Shown: positions 38,781 to 49,025, counted from the stretch's first letter. The stretch is 64,000 nt of DNA from Bacillus subtilis subsp. subtilis str. 168 (GCF_000009045.1 NC_000964.3:496001-560000), one strand, 5' to 3'. Program-made: numbers and translations. The notes: a model not told the origin generated them from the sequence alone.

Positions 38781-39831
38781 GCTAAAACAACCCCCCCACG
38801 CTAACAGGGGGGTAGTAATCGTAAAAGAAAAAAATGAAGCCGTTGAAAGTCCTTTGGTATCAATGGTTGACTATATTCGAGTCTCTTTTAAAACTCATGA
38901 TGTTGACAGAATTATTGAAGAGGTTCTTCACCTTAGCAAAGACTTTATGACTGAGAAACAATCTGGTTTCTATGGCTACGTTGGCACGTATGAACTGGAC
39001 TATATCAAAGTCTTTTATTCTGCGCCGGATGACAACAGAGGTGTTTTGATAGAAATGTCCGGTCAAGGTTGCCGTCAATTTGAATCCTTCTTGGAATGCC
39101 GGAAGAAAACATGGTACGACTTCTTTCAAGATTGCATGCAACAAGGCGGTTCGTTCACTCGCTTTGATTTAGCTATTGATGATAAAAAGACATACTTTTC
39201 TATACCAGAACTGTTAAAGAAAGCCCAAAAGGGCGAATGTATTTCACGATTTAGAAAATCTGATTTCAATGGCTCCTTTGATCTATCTGATGGCATTACA
39301 GGCGGGACGACAATATATTTCGGTTCTAAAAAGTCAGAAGCGTACCTTTGCTTTTATGAGAAAAACTATGAACAAGCAGAAAAGTATAACATTCCGTTAG
39401 AAGAACTAGGCGATTGGAATCGTTATGAATTGCGGCTTAAAAATGAACGTGCACAAGTGGCGATAGATGCTTTATTGAAAACAAAGGATTTAACCTTAAT
39501 CGCTATGCAGATCATTAATAACTATGTAAGGTTCGTTGATGCTGATGAAAACATCACTAGAGAGCATTGGAAAACGAGCCTTTTTTGGTCTGATTTTATA
39601 GGCGATGTTGGGAGACTTCCTTTGTACGTCAAACCACAAAAAGACTTCTATCAGAAATCAAGAAACTGGCTTCGTAACTCTTGTGCTCCCACTATGAAAA
39701 TGGTGCTTGAAGCTGATGAACATTTAGGGAAAACCGATCTGTCAGATATGATTGCAGAAGCTGAACTGGCTGACAAACATAAAAAAATGTTAGATGTGTA
39801 TATGGCTGATGTTGCTGACATGGTCGTTTAA
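38773..39831 (+). CDS. nicK: Relaxase (Rep_trans/MOBT family)
   Basis: SMVDYIRVSF, FTRFDLAIDD, GTTIYFGS and WNRYELRLK motifs. Confidence 0.95.
   Translation: MDELKQPPHANRGVVIVKEKNEAVESPLVSMVDYIRVSFKTHDVDRIIEEVLHLSKDFMTEKQSGFYGYVGTYELDYIKVFYSAPDDNRGVLIEMSGQGCRQFESFLECRKKTWYDFFQDCMQQGGSFTRFDLAIDDKKTYFSIPELLKKAQKGECISRFRKSDFNGSFDLSDGITGGTTIYFGSKKSEAYLCFYEKNYEQAEKYNIPLEELGDWNRYELRLKNERAQVAIDALLKTKDLTLIAMQIINNYVRFVDADENITREHWKTSLFWSDFIGDVGRLPLYVKPQKDFYQKSRNWLRNSCAPTMKMVLEADEHLGKTDLSDMIAEAELADKHKKMLDVYMADVADMVV
38790..38813 (+). other. oriT nick-site hairpin
   Basis: ACCCCCCCACGCTAACAGGGGGGT, a Tn916-type CTAAC loop in a C/G stem at the start of nicK. Confidence 0.88.
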
Positions 39832-39933
39832 AACCAAGCTGCTAAACCTTAATAAACACAGGTGATGCGATTAAACGTATGTGTCAACGGTACCGGAACG
39901 AAGTGAGGATAAGGAGTTGACATATTCAGCGCT

Positions 39934-40065
39934 ACCCAAACCCTCTTGGCATTGAACAAACAACCGTTTGTTCCTGCCTACCGGCGAGGGAGTCCCCCGA
40001 TGATTCGGGGGAATAGGGGGATAGATTAACAGCAATCCAACGAGCTACCGTTGGTGGGTTTGGGT
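39934..40065 (+). other. Probable single-strand origin (sso) stem-loop
   Basis: Long-range inverted repeat ACCCAAACCC (39934-39943) / GGGTTTGGGT (40056-40065) enclosing smaller hairpins, downstream of nicK, where ICEBs1 sso1 has been described. Confidence 0.6.
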
Positions 40066-40095
40066 GAAACCCAAGAACTAACTTGGAGGGATAAG

Positions 40096-40365
40096 ATGCA
40101 TAATGTCAATCTGTTGAATCAGGCTGGACTGGAAAATGCTTTGGAATCAGTTGGCTGTTTAGATATTGTAGAAGATTTAATAGAAAAGATGCAGGAATAT
40201 GTTTTGTATCATACCGAAACTGCCGAAAGATTTGCGATTGATATCTTTACAGTAGTAAACAACTACACTAAAAAGGTTCATGCGATATTTAATGTTCTTG
40301 AAAATGAAGACGGTGAGACAAATGTTAAAAATGTAGAATTTGAAGTAATGCATTTTACGGAGTAA
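40096..40365 (+). CDS. ydcS: Hypothetical protein, paralogue of YdcT
   Basis: 89 aa; GGAGGG RBS. Confidence 0.82.
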   Translation: MHNVNLLNQAGLENALESVGCLDIVEDLIEKMQEYVLYHTETAERFAIDIFTVVNNYTKKVHAIFNVLENEDGETNVKNVEFEVMHFTE

Positions 40366-40403
40366 GGACAATTTTCCTTATGACTTTAAAGGGGGAACAT
40401 CAG

Positions 40404-40670
40404 GTGTTTAATATTAATCTGTTGAATCAGGCCCGACTTGAGAGTGATTTGGATTCCCTTGGGTGTTTGGATATTGCTGAGGAACTGATTGAAAAAATGA
40501 TGGAAGATGTTTTTTACAGTGATGTAGCTCAAAGAATCATTGTTCAAACACTTGCTGTTATAAATAACGCCAATGCAAAACTTCAAGCTACGTTTAACAT
40601 CTTAGAAGATGAAGATATGGAGACAGACGAACGAAGCGTGGAGTTTGAAGGAATTAGCTACTACGAATAA
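40404..40670 (+). CDS. ydcT: RecA/SOS modulator RamT
   Basis: 88 aa; GTG start after GGGGG. The functional name is from literature recall. Confidence 0.8.
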   Translation: MFNINLLNQARLESDLDSLGCLDIAEELIEKMMEDVFYSDVAQRIIVQTLAVINNANAKLQATFNILEDEDMETDERSVEFEGISYYE

Positions 40671-40686
40671 GGGGTGAAAATGTGCG

Positions 40687-40995
40687 GTGTCTGCTGTAGA
40701 TAAACGATTCAAAAGCTTAGGTTTTAATGTGGGCATTCCCTCTTTAGTTTTTGTGAGAAGTTTAAGCAGAGATTGCATGTTGGTTGTTGAAGGAGAACGA
40801 GTAAAAGGATTTGCTGAGTATCGTTACACATTCTATAAAACAAGATACTTGCCAGACGGTCGAATGACTAGCTTAAAAGTTTATATGGAGAATCAAAGCA
40901 TAAAAAGGGTGTTACATCGTGTAGCATCCTTTTTATCTTTCTTGGAAAGAACGAAACAAATTGAACAGAAGGAGTGTGAAAAAGTTGCTCAATAA
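40687..40995 (+). CDS. yddA: RecA/SOS modulator RamA
   Basis: 102-aa ORF between ydcT and conB. The functional name is from literature recall. Confidence 0.8.
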   Translation: MSAVDKRFKSLGFNVGIPSLVFVRSLSRDCMLVVEGERVKGFAEYRYTFYKTRYLPDGRMTSLKVYMENQSIKRVLHRVASFLSFLERTKQIEQKECEKVAQ

Positions 40996-42049
40996 AGAAA
41001 TTGGCTCTGATAAGAAGGAAGAATCCTTTTTTCGGTCTGCTTTTCAAAAACTGAAACGAATTGAAAGACCGGAAAAAGACAAACAAAAAGTACCCCGTGA
41101 CAGGTCAAAGCTGATAGCCGTCACACTATGGTCTTGTGTAGGGAGCTTGCTATTTATCTGTCTGCTTGCTGTGCTTCTGTCAATTAATACTCGCTCCCAA
41201 CTTAATGACATGAAAGACGAAACGAATAAGCCAACAAATGACGATAAACAAAAAATTTCGGTGACTGCTGCCGAAAACTTTCTGTCAGGGTTCATCAATG
41301 AATATATGAATGTGAAGAACGATCAAGAATCTATTGAAAAACGTATGCAGAGCCTTGAAAGCTATATGGTTAAACAGGAAGATAACCATTTTGAAGATGA
41401 AGAACGCTTCAATGTGGATGGTTTAAAAGGTGATCGAGAGTTAAAGGGTTACAGCTTATATAACGTGAAAGAAGGTGATAAAAACAGCCTTTTTCAATAT
41501 AAGGTCACATATGAAAATCTATACCCTGTAGAAAAGGAAGTTGAAAAAGAAGTTAAAGACGGAAAGAAGAAAAAGAAGGTGAAAGAAAAGGTTAAAACAA
41601 ACGAGAAATACGAAAAACAAATGTTGCTGAATATTCCAGTCACAAATAAAGGTGATTCCTTTGCGGTGTCTGCTGTCCCTTATTTTACACAGATTTATGA
41701 TCTGAAAGGCGATATTGCTTTTAAGGGTAAAGAAGAAACTAGAGACGAATATGCAGGCGAGAAAAAAGAATCTATCGAATCATTTCTTCAAAATTTCTTT
41801 GAGAAATACGCTTCTGAAAAGAAAGAAGAAATGGTTTATATGATGAAAAAGCCGGAAGCATTGGAAGGAAACTTGTTATTTGGGGAAGTGCAGTCAGTGA
41901 AAATCTTCGAGACGAAAAAAGGTTTCGAGGTTTTTTGTGCTGTTCGATTTAAGGAAAAAGAAAATGACATTCCGGTAAATGAAAAATTCAGTCTAGAGAT
42001 TACGGAAAACAGCGGTCAGTTTTATGTAAATAAACTCAAACATCAATAG
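40985..42049 (+). CDS. conB: VirB8/TcpC-like conjugation protein
   Basis: Single TM followed by two NTF2-like repeats; TTG start. Confidence 0.9.
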   Translation: MLNKEIGSDKKEESFFRSAFQKLKRIERPEKDKQKVPRDRSKLIAVTLWSCVGSLLFICLLAVLLSINTRSQLNDMKDETNKPTNDDKQKISVTAAENFLSGFINEYMNVKNDQESIEKRMQSLESYMVKQEDNHFEDEERFNVDGLKGDRELKGYSLYNVKEGDKNSLFQYKVTYENLYPVEKEVEKEVKDGKKKKKVKEKVKTNEKYEKQMLLNIPVTNKGDSFAVSAVPYFTQIYDLKGDIAFKGKEETRDEYAGEKKESIESFLQNFFEKYASEKKEEMVYMMKKPEALEGNLLFGEVQSVKIFETKKGFEVFCAVRFKEKENDIPVNEKFSLEITENSGQFYVNKLKHQ

Positions 42050-42060
42050 GAGGTTTAAAT

Positions 42061-42309
42061 ATGGATTTCATGAATTTCTTTATTCTTGGCGCAGACCTTC
42101 CAACACTTGGAGGGGTAAAAGGTTGGGCATCAGATGTTGTTATCCAATTCATTACGATTGTGGTCATGTTCATAGCCGCAAAGAATCTGATGAAATTAAA
42201 AATGGGCGGCATTATCTTTGTTTGCTGTATTGGCAGTGCGGTAACGTGGGTTATTAAACACTGGTCAGAATTCTCCGGCTGGATCAATGCGCTAATGGAA
42301 AAATTGTAA
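42061..42309 (+). CDS. conC: Small conjugation membrane protein
   Basis: 82 aa with two TM segments. Confidence 0.85.
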   Translation: MDFMNFFILGADLPTLGGVKGWASDVVIQFITIVVMFIAAKNLMKLKMGGIIFVCCIGSAVTWVIKHWSEFSGWINALMEKL

Positions 42310-42321
42310 GGGGGCATCTGA

Positions 42322-42846
42322 ATGGGGCGTCTGGTGTTCAACTACCGGAAGGCAATGAGAGAGCCGAAAAAAATCCAACAATTAACCGAAAATTATTCGT
42401 TACCCTTTGCAGTTGAGTTAATACCGGCTATTAACTATTTCATTTTTGTTGGCTTATGCTTTGGATTCTGGTACGGCGTGAGGATGATTTTCCCTCACGC
42501 TTTTGATAACAGTTACGTCATTGTGATTTTTGGGATACCATTTTTTTTAACGATGCTTGTAACGAAAATAAAGCCGGAAGGCAAAAACATCTATATATAT
42601 TTCTTTGATTTCGCAAAGTATTACTTCTTCATCAAGCTTCCACAAAAGAAGTATTGCAATGATCGAAAGATTGATTTAAGTAACGAAAAACAAATTGAGT
42701 TTCGAAAACTTGTGAAGGTGGTGGATTATTCAAATGAGACTAAAAACGCCTATGAAGGCAATACACAAGAATTTGCTGTTAACAAGAACGGGCGACGTGT
42801 GGGCGTACTACCGAATAAAAAGCAATTCGATTCCTATGCAAAATAA
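42322..42846 (+). CDS. conD: VirB3/TcpE-like conjugation protein
   Basis: Two TM segments and a KPEGK motif; overlaps conE. Confidence 0.87.
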   Translation: MGRLVFNYRKAMREPKKIQQLTENYSLPFAVELIPAINYFIFVGLCFGFWYGVRMIFPHAFDNSYVIVIFGIPFFLTMLVTKIKPEGKNIYIYFFDFAKYYFFIKLPQKKYCNDRKIDLSNEKQIEFRKLVKVVDYSNETKNAYEGNTQEFAVNKNGRRVGVLPNKKQFDSYAK

Positions 42847-45229
42847 AGAAAAAGTTGAATCGTATAAAAAGAAGTGGCAGCATCTTTTTGAAGAAATTAC
42901 ATCTTATGAGGATTTTCACTTGATGATGTATCCAAGTGAGTATGAATTAGAAAAACGATTTAAGGATTTAGAAACAGATATTGCGGCAGATGCAATGGAT
43001 GTGGCACGTTACTACAATGAAGAAACCGTAAGGCTGTTAGAACAGCGATTAGGAAGGCTGACAAAGTACGACTTCATTTTAGGTGTAAAACTGAAAAGCA
43101 GTCTTGTAAATATTAGTGTCGAACTTAAAGACAATATACTATCTTTTTTCAATACAGCGACTGATACAGTCGTGAAAATGCTCGGGTGGGAACAAAATGT
43201 TTCCACCTCTTTTTTTGAAAAATATGAGGAAGTCGAAGAAACACTAGCGAATATCATGGCTTCTGTTCGCGGAGAACGGCTTTCAGAAACAGAAATGACA
43301 TACATTAACCGTTATCACTTTGTACGTGGGTTAAAGCACCAAACGAATGAAGAAAGTGAGATAAAGGATGTTCGCTCTATTACAAACACGATCATAGACC
43401 CCACTGACCCATCAGTATTGCATTTGCATAGTGATCAAGATGAAGGCTATTCAGCTTTTGTCGTGATTGACGAATTTCTTCACAATATGTCGGAAAGTGA
43501 TTTGTTTTATGAAGCACAGTCTCTTCCCTTCCCTGTTGAAGTTCAGATGAAAATTCAAACGGAATCAAAGTCCATTACCAAGCCTGCCCTCAACCTCAAA
43601 AGACAGCAATTGAAAGAAGAACAAAAAGAACAACAAAGCACAGGCGATCGAAGTGATGTTTCCACTGTCACAAGTGCCACAATGATAAGGCATTTACAAG
43701 ATGAAATAAAGAAAGAAGATGTGCATGTGATGAACTGGCTGTCGGTGATAGTCGTTCATGGAAAGACAAAAAAAGAATGTGTGGGAAAAGCAACGATTGT
43801 CAAAAGGCATTTAAAAGGCGCTGGCATTACTTGTCGGCTTCCGGTGGCTGATCAATTGAACCTTTTTTATAAAATGCTTCCTGGTGAAAAGTTAGACATA
43901 ACCGATAAGAACTGGATTCAAAAAACAACGCAAGACGGTGTGGCTGAAAGTCTGTTTGCTGTTAACTCTGATATTGGTTCGAAAATCGGGTTCTTTCTCG
44001 GTTGGGTTGATCGTTTCCAAGAGCACACCGACTTAGAAAGTGCCATTATGTCCAGCCGTGATTTTGTCTTATTCCACCCTTTCTTAGCGAATCAGCAGTT
44101 AAAAGGTTCAAAGACACGTTCTCCTCACTGCTTAATCACAGGAGACACAGGAAACGGCAAGTCATATCTAGCGAAATTGATCTTTAACTATATCAGCATG
44201 TTAAACATCAAATCTCTGTATATAGACCCTAAAAAGGAAATGAGAAAGTGGATTCAAAGAGTCTTGAATGATGAGTACATTAGAGAGAACTTTCCCTTAT
44301 ATATTGCACATTTAGAGAAATACAACTATATCACGCTAGATCATGAAAACACGCACAACTGGGGAGCGCTTGACCCTATCTCCTTCCTCCCTCCTATGAA
44401 AGCAAAAGAGCTAGTTCAAGTCATTTTTGAACAAGTATATGACTTTAAAGGGAAGGACGACATAAACACAGCTTTCCTTCGTGCTACGTCAGAAGTGATT
44501 GATGCGAAACAAAAAGGTGAACAGGTCGGCTCACTTGATATTATTCGGAAGATGCAGAGCCATCCCGAAGAAGCTGTACAAAAAGCTGGTGACTATTTAA
44601 ATGAGGTCGTGTCAGATTCCATTTTGAAACTTTGTATTCATGATGGTTCAAATCCTGCATTGTCACTAGAAAAGCGAATTACCATTTTAGAAGTTGAAAA
44701 TATGGATTTGCCGGATCATGCTGAGCGACTTGAAAACTACACGATATCACAACTAAAGTCTAGTGCGGTCATGTTTGCACTAGGTAAGTTCTGCGAGCTA
44801 TTCGGCATGAATCAAGACGAACAGACTGTTGAATTTATAGATGAAGCTTGGATATTCACCACGTCACAACAAGGAAAAAAAGTAGAAAGACAAATGCGCC
44901 GGATTGGTCGCTCATACAACAATGCGGAATACTTCATTTCTCAATCCACAAAAGACGCTTTAAAAGAAGAGGATTCTGGAAACTTTGGCGTTGCCTTTGC
45001 TTTTGACGAACCAAACGAGCGTGAAGAAGTGTTGAAATGGATGAACATGGAGGTCACAAAAGATAACAAAAAAATGATGGAATCCATGTTTCAAGGTCAA
45101 TGCTTATTTAAAGATTACTATGGCCGCACCTCTAAAATTTCGATTGAATGCCTATTCGAAGAATGGCAAGGTGCTCTGAAAACAGTTGAGAAAAAAGCCG
45201 TCGCATATGCGGAAGAAAAATATTTGTAA
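42734..45229 (+). CDS. conE: VirB4-like ATPase
   Basis: TGDTGNGKS Walker A and FIDEAW Walker B. Confidence 0.94.
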   Translation: MRLKTPMKAIHKNLLLTRTGDVWAYYRIKSNSIPMQNKEKVESYKKKWQHLFEEITSYEDFHLMMYPSEYELEKRFKDLETDIAADAMDVARYYNEETVRLLEQRLGRLTKYDFILGVKLKSSLVNISVELKDNILSFFNTATDTVVKMLGWEQNVSTSFFEKYEEVEETLANIMASVRGERLSETEMTYINRYHFVRGLKHQTNEESEIKDVRSITNTIIDPTDPSVLHLHSDQDEGYSAFVVIDEFLHNMSESDLFYEAQSLPFPVEVQMKIQTESKSITKPALNLKRQQLKEEQKEQQSTGDRSDVSTVTSATMIRHLQDEIKKEDVHVMNWLSVIVVHGKTKKECVGKATIVKRHLKGAGITCRLPVADQLNLFYKMLPGEKLDITDKNWIQKTTQDGVAESLFAVNSDIGSKIGFFLGWVDRFQEHTDLESAIMSSRDFVLFHPFLANQQLKGSKTRSPHCLITGDTGNGKSYLAKLIFNYISMLNIKSLYIDPKKEMRKWIQRVLNDEYIRENFPLYIAHLEKYNYITLDHENTHNWGALDPISFLPPMKAKELVQVIFEQVYDFKGKDDINTAFLRATSEVIDAKQKGEQVGSLDIIRKMQSHPEEAVQKAGDYLNEVVSDSILKLCIHDGSNPALSLEKRITILEVENMDLPDHAERLENYTISQLKSSAVMFALGKFCELFGMNQDEQTVEFIDEAWIFTTSQQGKKVERQMRRIGRSYNNAEYFISQSTKDALKEEDSGNFGVAFAFDEPNEREEVLKWMNMEVTKDNKKMMESMFQGQCLFKDYYGRTSKISIECLFEEWQGALKTVEKKAVAYAEEKYL

Positions 45230-45247
45230 AAAGGGGTTGAATCGTAC

Positions 45248-45574
45248 ATGGAAATAGCTTTCTTAAACTCTCTTGTTGTCACGAGTCCAGGCTTTTATAA
45301 AGCTGAGAAAATCACATTGGACGAAGTTAAACAATGGCTGAAGCATTATGATGGTCGATACAAAAGTTTTATCGGACATAAATCAACGGCACAGTTTCTG
45401 CAAAAATTATTAGGTATCAGAATTGAGCAAAATCGAAAGACTTTCAGACATATGAAATATCAAAAAGCAATCTGTTTCTCTCTGTATGAACGATATCCTG
45501 AAAACGTGTTGCTAACGCAAAGAGACTTAGAGAAAGCCAGATACCAATTTTATTTATTAACTCGGTTAGATTAG
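45248..45574 (+). CDS. yddF: DUF1874 / AcrIII-1 family cyclic tetra-adenylate ring nuclease
   Basis: SFIGH motif; H44, R63, R82 and E85 are spaced like the AcrIII-1 catalytic residues. Confidence 0.88.
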   Translation: MEIAFLNSLVVTSPGFYKAEKITLDEVKQWLKHYDGRYKSFIGHKSTAQFLQKLLGIRIEQNRKTFRHMKYQKAICFSLYERYPENVLLTQRDLEKARYQFYLLTRLD

Positions 45575-45586
45575 GAGGTGGTTGTA

Positions 45587-48025
45587 ATGAAAAAGAAAAG
45601 AATTTTGATTGTGTCGGCTATTGTGTTGCTGTTTTTAACTGTTGCTTCAGCTGTAACGGTATTTTCGGCTGATGGAGATACAACGACGCAGCCAAAAGTC
45701 GAAAAAGCTGGCGGCGTGGAATTGAAGGTGAAAAGGTTTCCAATCTCACGCTATCAAGCGAATAATGAAGCATCTGACGATTTAATCAAGGGGGCGTTTG
45801 TTGGGCTGACAAACGTCACTTTTTCTTTTGCGGGAAACATTGTCCGTGTGGTTGATACGGGGATGGATATTTTGTATAACTTGCAACCGATTGACGAGTT
45901 CGCAAATTCTATTACAAACGTCTCTAAAACAGTTTATAAAACACTGAAAAAGAATTTCGGTGAAGCTTTATTTATTTTCACGTGCGCCTATGTTGTCTAC
46001 CTATTCTGTGTGAGAGGTAGCGTAAAAGAAGCAATGCGGCGGAGTATTCTATTTATTTGTGTCATGGTGATCGGTGGGCTTTGGATGTCGAACGCTGGTT
46101 ATTACATGAAAGTATTGAATGCCTTGTCTGTAGAAGCTCAAGGAAAGCTTTTAACTGCGGGGAATGGATTGGTTGGCATTGTTCAAGATGAAGGCAATTT
46201 TGCAGACAGTTCAGCGATTGAAAAAGGAAAAGAAATGGAAGGCACAGTTGCGGTTATGCGTAATCTTTACTTTGACATTGCTTTGATGAAGCCTTTTTTA
46301 ATTGTGAATTTTGATGAAACAAGCGAAAAGAAAATCAATGAGGAAGATACAGATAAAGGCGGACTTAATCGTATAGATAAACTGCTTTCTTATAAGCTTT
46401 CAGAGGATGGAGAAAAAGATAAAAAAGATTATATAAAAGAGACTGAAATTGATGATTATAAAAATGAATCTATGACTTCTGGAAATGTGTTTAATCAGCT
46501 GGGAGAGTCTTTTATCGCTGTGGTCGCTTCTATTGTCATTGGGATACCATTTTTAGCATTAGCGTTCTTTAATTTCTTGCTTCAAGTTGTCGCTTTAGTG
46601 ATAGTTTTCTTTGTGCCATTTGCTTTCATCTTAGCGTATGTTCCTCAATTAGCTTATTCGGGATTTGTTACGCTTGGACGCTTGGGGAGTGTTTACCTAC
46701 TGAAAGCAATGTTAGGGGTTATCGTTCTGTTTGTGTACGTGACTTGTTTTATTGTTGACAAGTTAATACCGCCAAATGGTTTTGGAATGTATCTTTTAAA
46801 TGTTGCTGTCCTTGCTTCAATCTTGTGGATTGGTTTTCACAAGAGGGATGCCATTATCAAGTTTGTGACTGCTGGAAAAGTTGTTTCAGTTGATAATAAT
46901 ATGATGGAAAACATGAGACAAAACATTGTTCAGCCTGCTTGGGAACAAGCGAAGAAAATAGGTGGAGTATGGGGTAACGGAGGCGGCGTATTTACTGACT
47001 TTACAAAGCATTTTGGGGGAAGAAAAGACGGTTCGAATGCTGATGGCGTAACTGGTGCTCCAAGTGGTGGCGGTAATTCACCGAGTGGGACTGCTATGGG
47101 ATATGATAATACTCATGCTATTTCAAGAACCCCGCAAAAAGAAACAGCTAACGGAATAGCTAATCATAACAGTCGAAGCTTAAAACGCAATCCTCAAACT
47201 CTATCGAAAGAACAAGAAAAGCAAAAACAAAAAGAAGCCTTTGCAAATGCAAAAGAAAATAAACAGCAATCCCATTTAGCCAGATTGAGAAAAGACGGAA
47301 TAAACTCTCCTATGTTGAAAGATGCTTTGAATGAAGGGAATGAGGATTTATCCAAACGAGCACCTATCTTGCAGGATAAAAAAGATGAATCAGCACGAAC
47401 AGATCAAAAAGAATATGTGGAACAGCTTCTTAAACAGCCCAATAACCAGCAACAAACTGACGATGCATCATTACAGCATGAAGAAGAATCTACTTCTAAT
47501 CGTGCGCCTGTCTTACAAGAGAATGAAAAAGATACAGAACGTACTGATCAGAAAGCGTATATTTATGACGAACAAAATCAGAATCTTGAAACAGATCAGC
47601 AACAAGATTTTGAAGTCCAGAAAGATGATTCTGTTTCCAATAGTGAGCCTGTAGCACAAGAGAAAACAGCAGAAATCAAACGATCAGATCAAAAAGTCAT
47701 GATGAATCAACCTGAACCGCAGCTCGGTTTTGAAAGTCCTCAATCTACAAAAGTAGAAAATCAACCTATTGCCAATAACGAACGTAAAATCAGACCATCT
47801 GAACCCGCAAAAGTTCATTCAGATGGTATTCGTGTTGATGAAAAACAGGCTGTTGCTCCTGCTGAAAATAAGACTGTATCAAGAGAAAAACAGCCTTCAT
47901 CACAAACAATTAAACGGACTGAACAAAGCGTTAATTCATTTGACCAAGTGTCTTTGAATGAAATTGCAAGACGCTCTTCATCAAAAGTAGAAGATCGACT
48001 GAGAAGGGATGAAAGAACAAGATGA
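45587..48025 (+). CDS. conG: VirB6-like polytopic conjugation protein
   Basis: Several TM blocks and a long polar C-terminal tail. The ATG at 45587 fits the GGAGG RBS (in-frame GTG at 45578). Confidence 0.9.
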   Translation: MKKKRILIVSAIVLLFLTVASAVTVFSADGDTTTQPKVEKAGGVELKVKRFPISRYQANNEASDDLIKGAFVGLTNVTFSFAGNIVRVVDTGMDILYNLQPIDEFANSITNVSKTVYKTLKKNFGEALFIFTCAYVVYLFCVRGSVKEAMRRSILFICVMVIGGLWMSNAGYYMKVLNALSVEAQGKLLTAGNGLVGIVQDEGNFADSSAIEKGKEMEGTVAVMRNLYFDIALMKPFLIVNFDETSEKKINEEDTDKGGLNRIDKLLSYKLSEDGEKDKKDYIKETEIDDYKNESMTSGNVFNQLGESFIAVVASIVIGIPFLALAFFNFLLQVVALVIVFFVPFAFILAYVPQLAYSGFVTLGRLGSVYLLKAMLGVIVLFVYVTCFIVDKLIPPNGFGMYLLNVAVLASILWIGFHKRDAIIKFVTAGKVVSVDNNMMENMRQNIVQPAWEQAKKIGGVWGNGGGVFTDFTKHFGGRKDGSNADGVTGAPSGGGNSPSGTAMGYDNTHAISRTPQKETANGIANHNSRSLKRNPQTLSKEQEKQKQKEAFANAKENKQQSHLARLRKDGINSPMLKDALNEGNEDLSKRAPILQDKKDESARTDQKEYVEQLLKQPNNQQQTDDASLQHEEESTSNRAPVLQENEKDTERTDQKAYIYDEQNQNLETDQQQDFEVQKDDSVSNSEPVAQEKTAEIKRSDQKVMMNQPEPQLGFESPQSTKVENQPIANNERKIRPSEPAKVHSDGIRVDEKQAVAPAENKTVSREKQPSSQTIKRTEQSVNSFDQVSLNEIARRSSSKVEDRLRRDERTR

Positions 48026-49011
48026 TAAGTAAAAAGGTAGTTCTTCCTTTGGTATTCTCGGCTCCTTTTATCTTCTTTTTTGTTTTATGTATCGTAGTGG
48101 TTATGACGATTTCAAGAGAAAATCAAGTCGGGGACGATTTTATAGGCGGCGGGGATGGCGAATATGAAACAGTTGGAATTGCGCCGGAAGTGGAACGATT
48201 TAGAGCAGTATTTGAGAAATATGCCCGTCAAGAAGGCGTTTTTGACCAAGTGAATATTATTATGGCGCTCACCATGCAAGAAAGTGGTGGGCGTTCTTTA
48301 GATATCATGCAAAGTTCCGAAAGTATCGGCTTACCTCCCAACTCCATAACTGACCCAGAACGTTCAATTGAAGTCGGCATTAAACATTTTAAGAAGGTTT
48401 TTAAACAGGCTGGCGGTGATGTTCGTTTAACCTTACAGGCATACAACTTTGGTTCTGGATTTATAGACTATGTCAAAAAGAATGGCGGGAAATACACAAA
48501 GAAATTAGCACTTGATTTCAGCCGATTGCAAGCTTTTAAAATGGGCTGGAAAAGCTACGGTGACCCAAGTTATGTTGACCATGTCATGAGGTATGTGAAA
48601 GGCTCTGATAAAAATGTGAAGCCTGTGAAAGGCTCTATGGATTTCTATGAAACGGTCATGAAAGAAGCTTTGAAATATGAAGGGCAACCGTATGCCTGGG
48701 GAGGTTCAAACCCGGAAACTGGATTTGATTGTTCTGGCCTTGTTCAGTGGTCTTTTGCGAAAGCTGGAATCACTCTTCCTAGAACAGCACAAGAACAACA
48801 TGGGGCAACCAAGAAAATAAGTGAAAAAGAAGCGACTGCGGGTGACTTAGTGTTCTTTGGCGGCACATACGAAGGAAAAGCCATTACTCACGTCGGCATC
48901 TATGTAGGCAATGGCAGAATGTTTAATTCAAATGACAGTGGAATCCAATATTCTGATCTGAAATCAGGTTACTGGAGAGATCACCTTGTATCTTTTGGAC
49001 GCATTAAATAA
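48022..49011 (+). CDS. cwlT: Bifunctional cell wall hydrolase (lysozyme-like plus NlpC/P60)
   Basis: MQESGG, DIMQSSES, GFDCSGL and THVGIY motifs. Confidence 0.95.
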   Translation: MISKKVVLPLVFSAPFIFFFVLCIVVVMTISRENQVGDDFIGGGDGEYETVGIAPEVERFRAVFEKYARQEGVFDQVNIIMALTMQESGGRSLDIMQSSESIGLPPNSITDPERSIEVGIKHFKKVFKQAGGDVRLTLQAYNFGSGFIDYVKKNGGKYTKKLALDFSRLQAFKMGWKSYGDPSYVDHVMRYVKGSDKNVKPVKGSMDFYETVMKEALKYEGQPYAWGGSNPETGFDCSGLVQWSFAKAGITLPRTAQEQHGATKKISEKEATAGDLVFFGGTYEGKAITHVGIYVGNGRMFNSNDSGIQYSDLKSGYWRDHLVSFGRIK

Positions 49012-49025
49012 CTAGGAGTGAAAAT

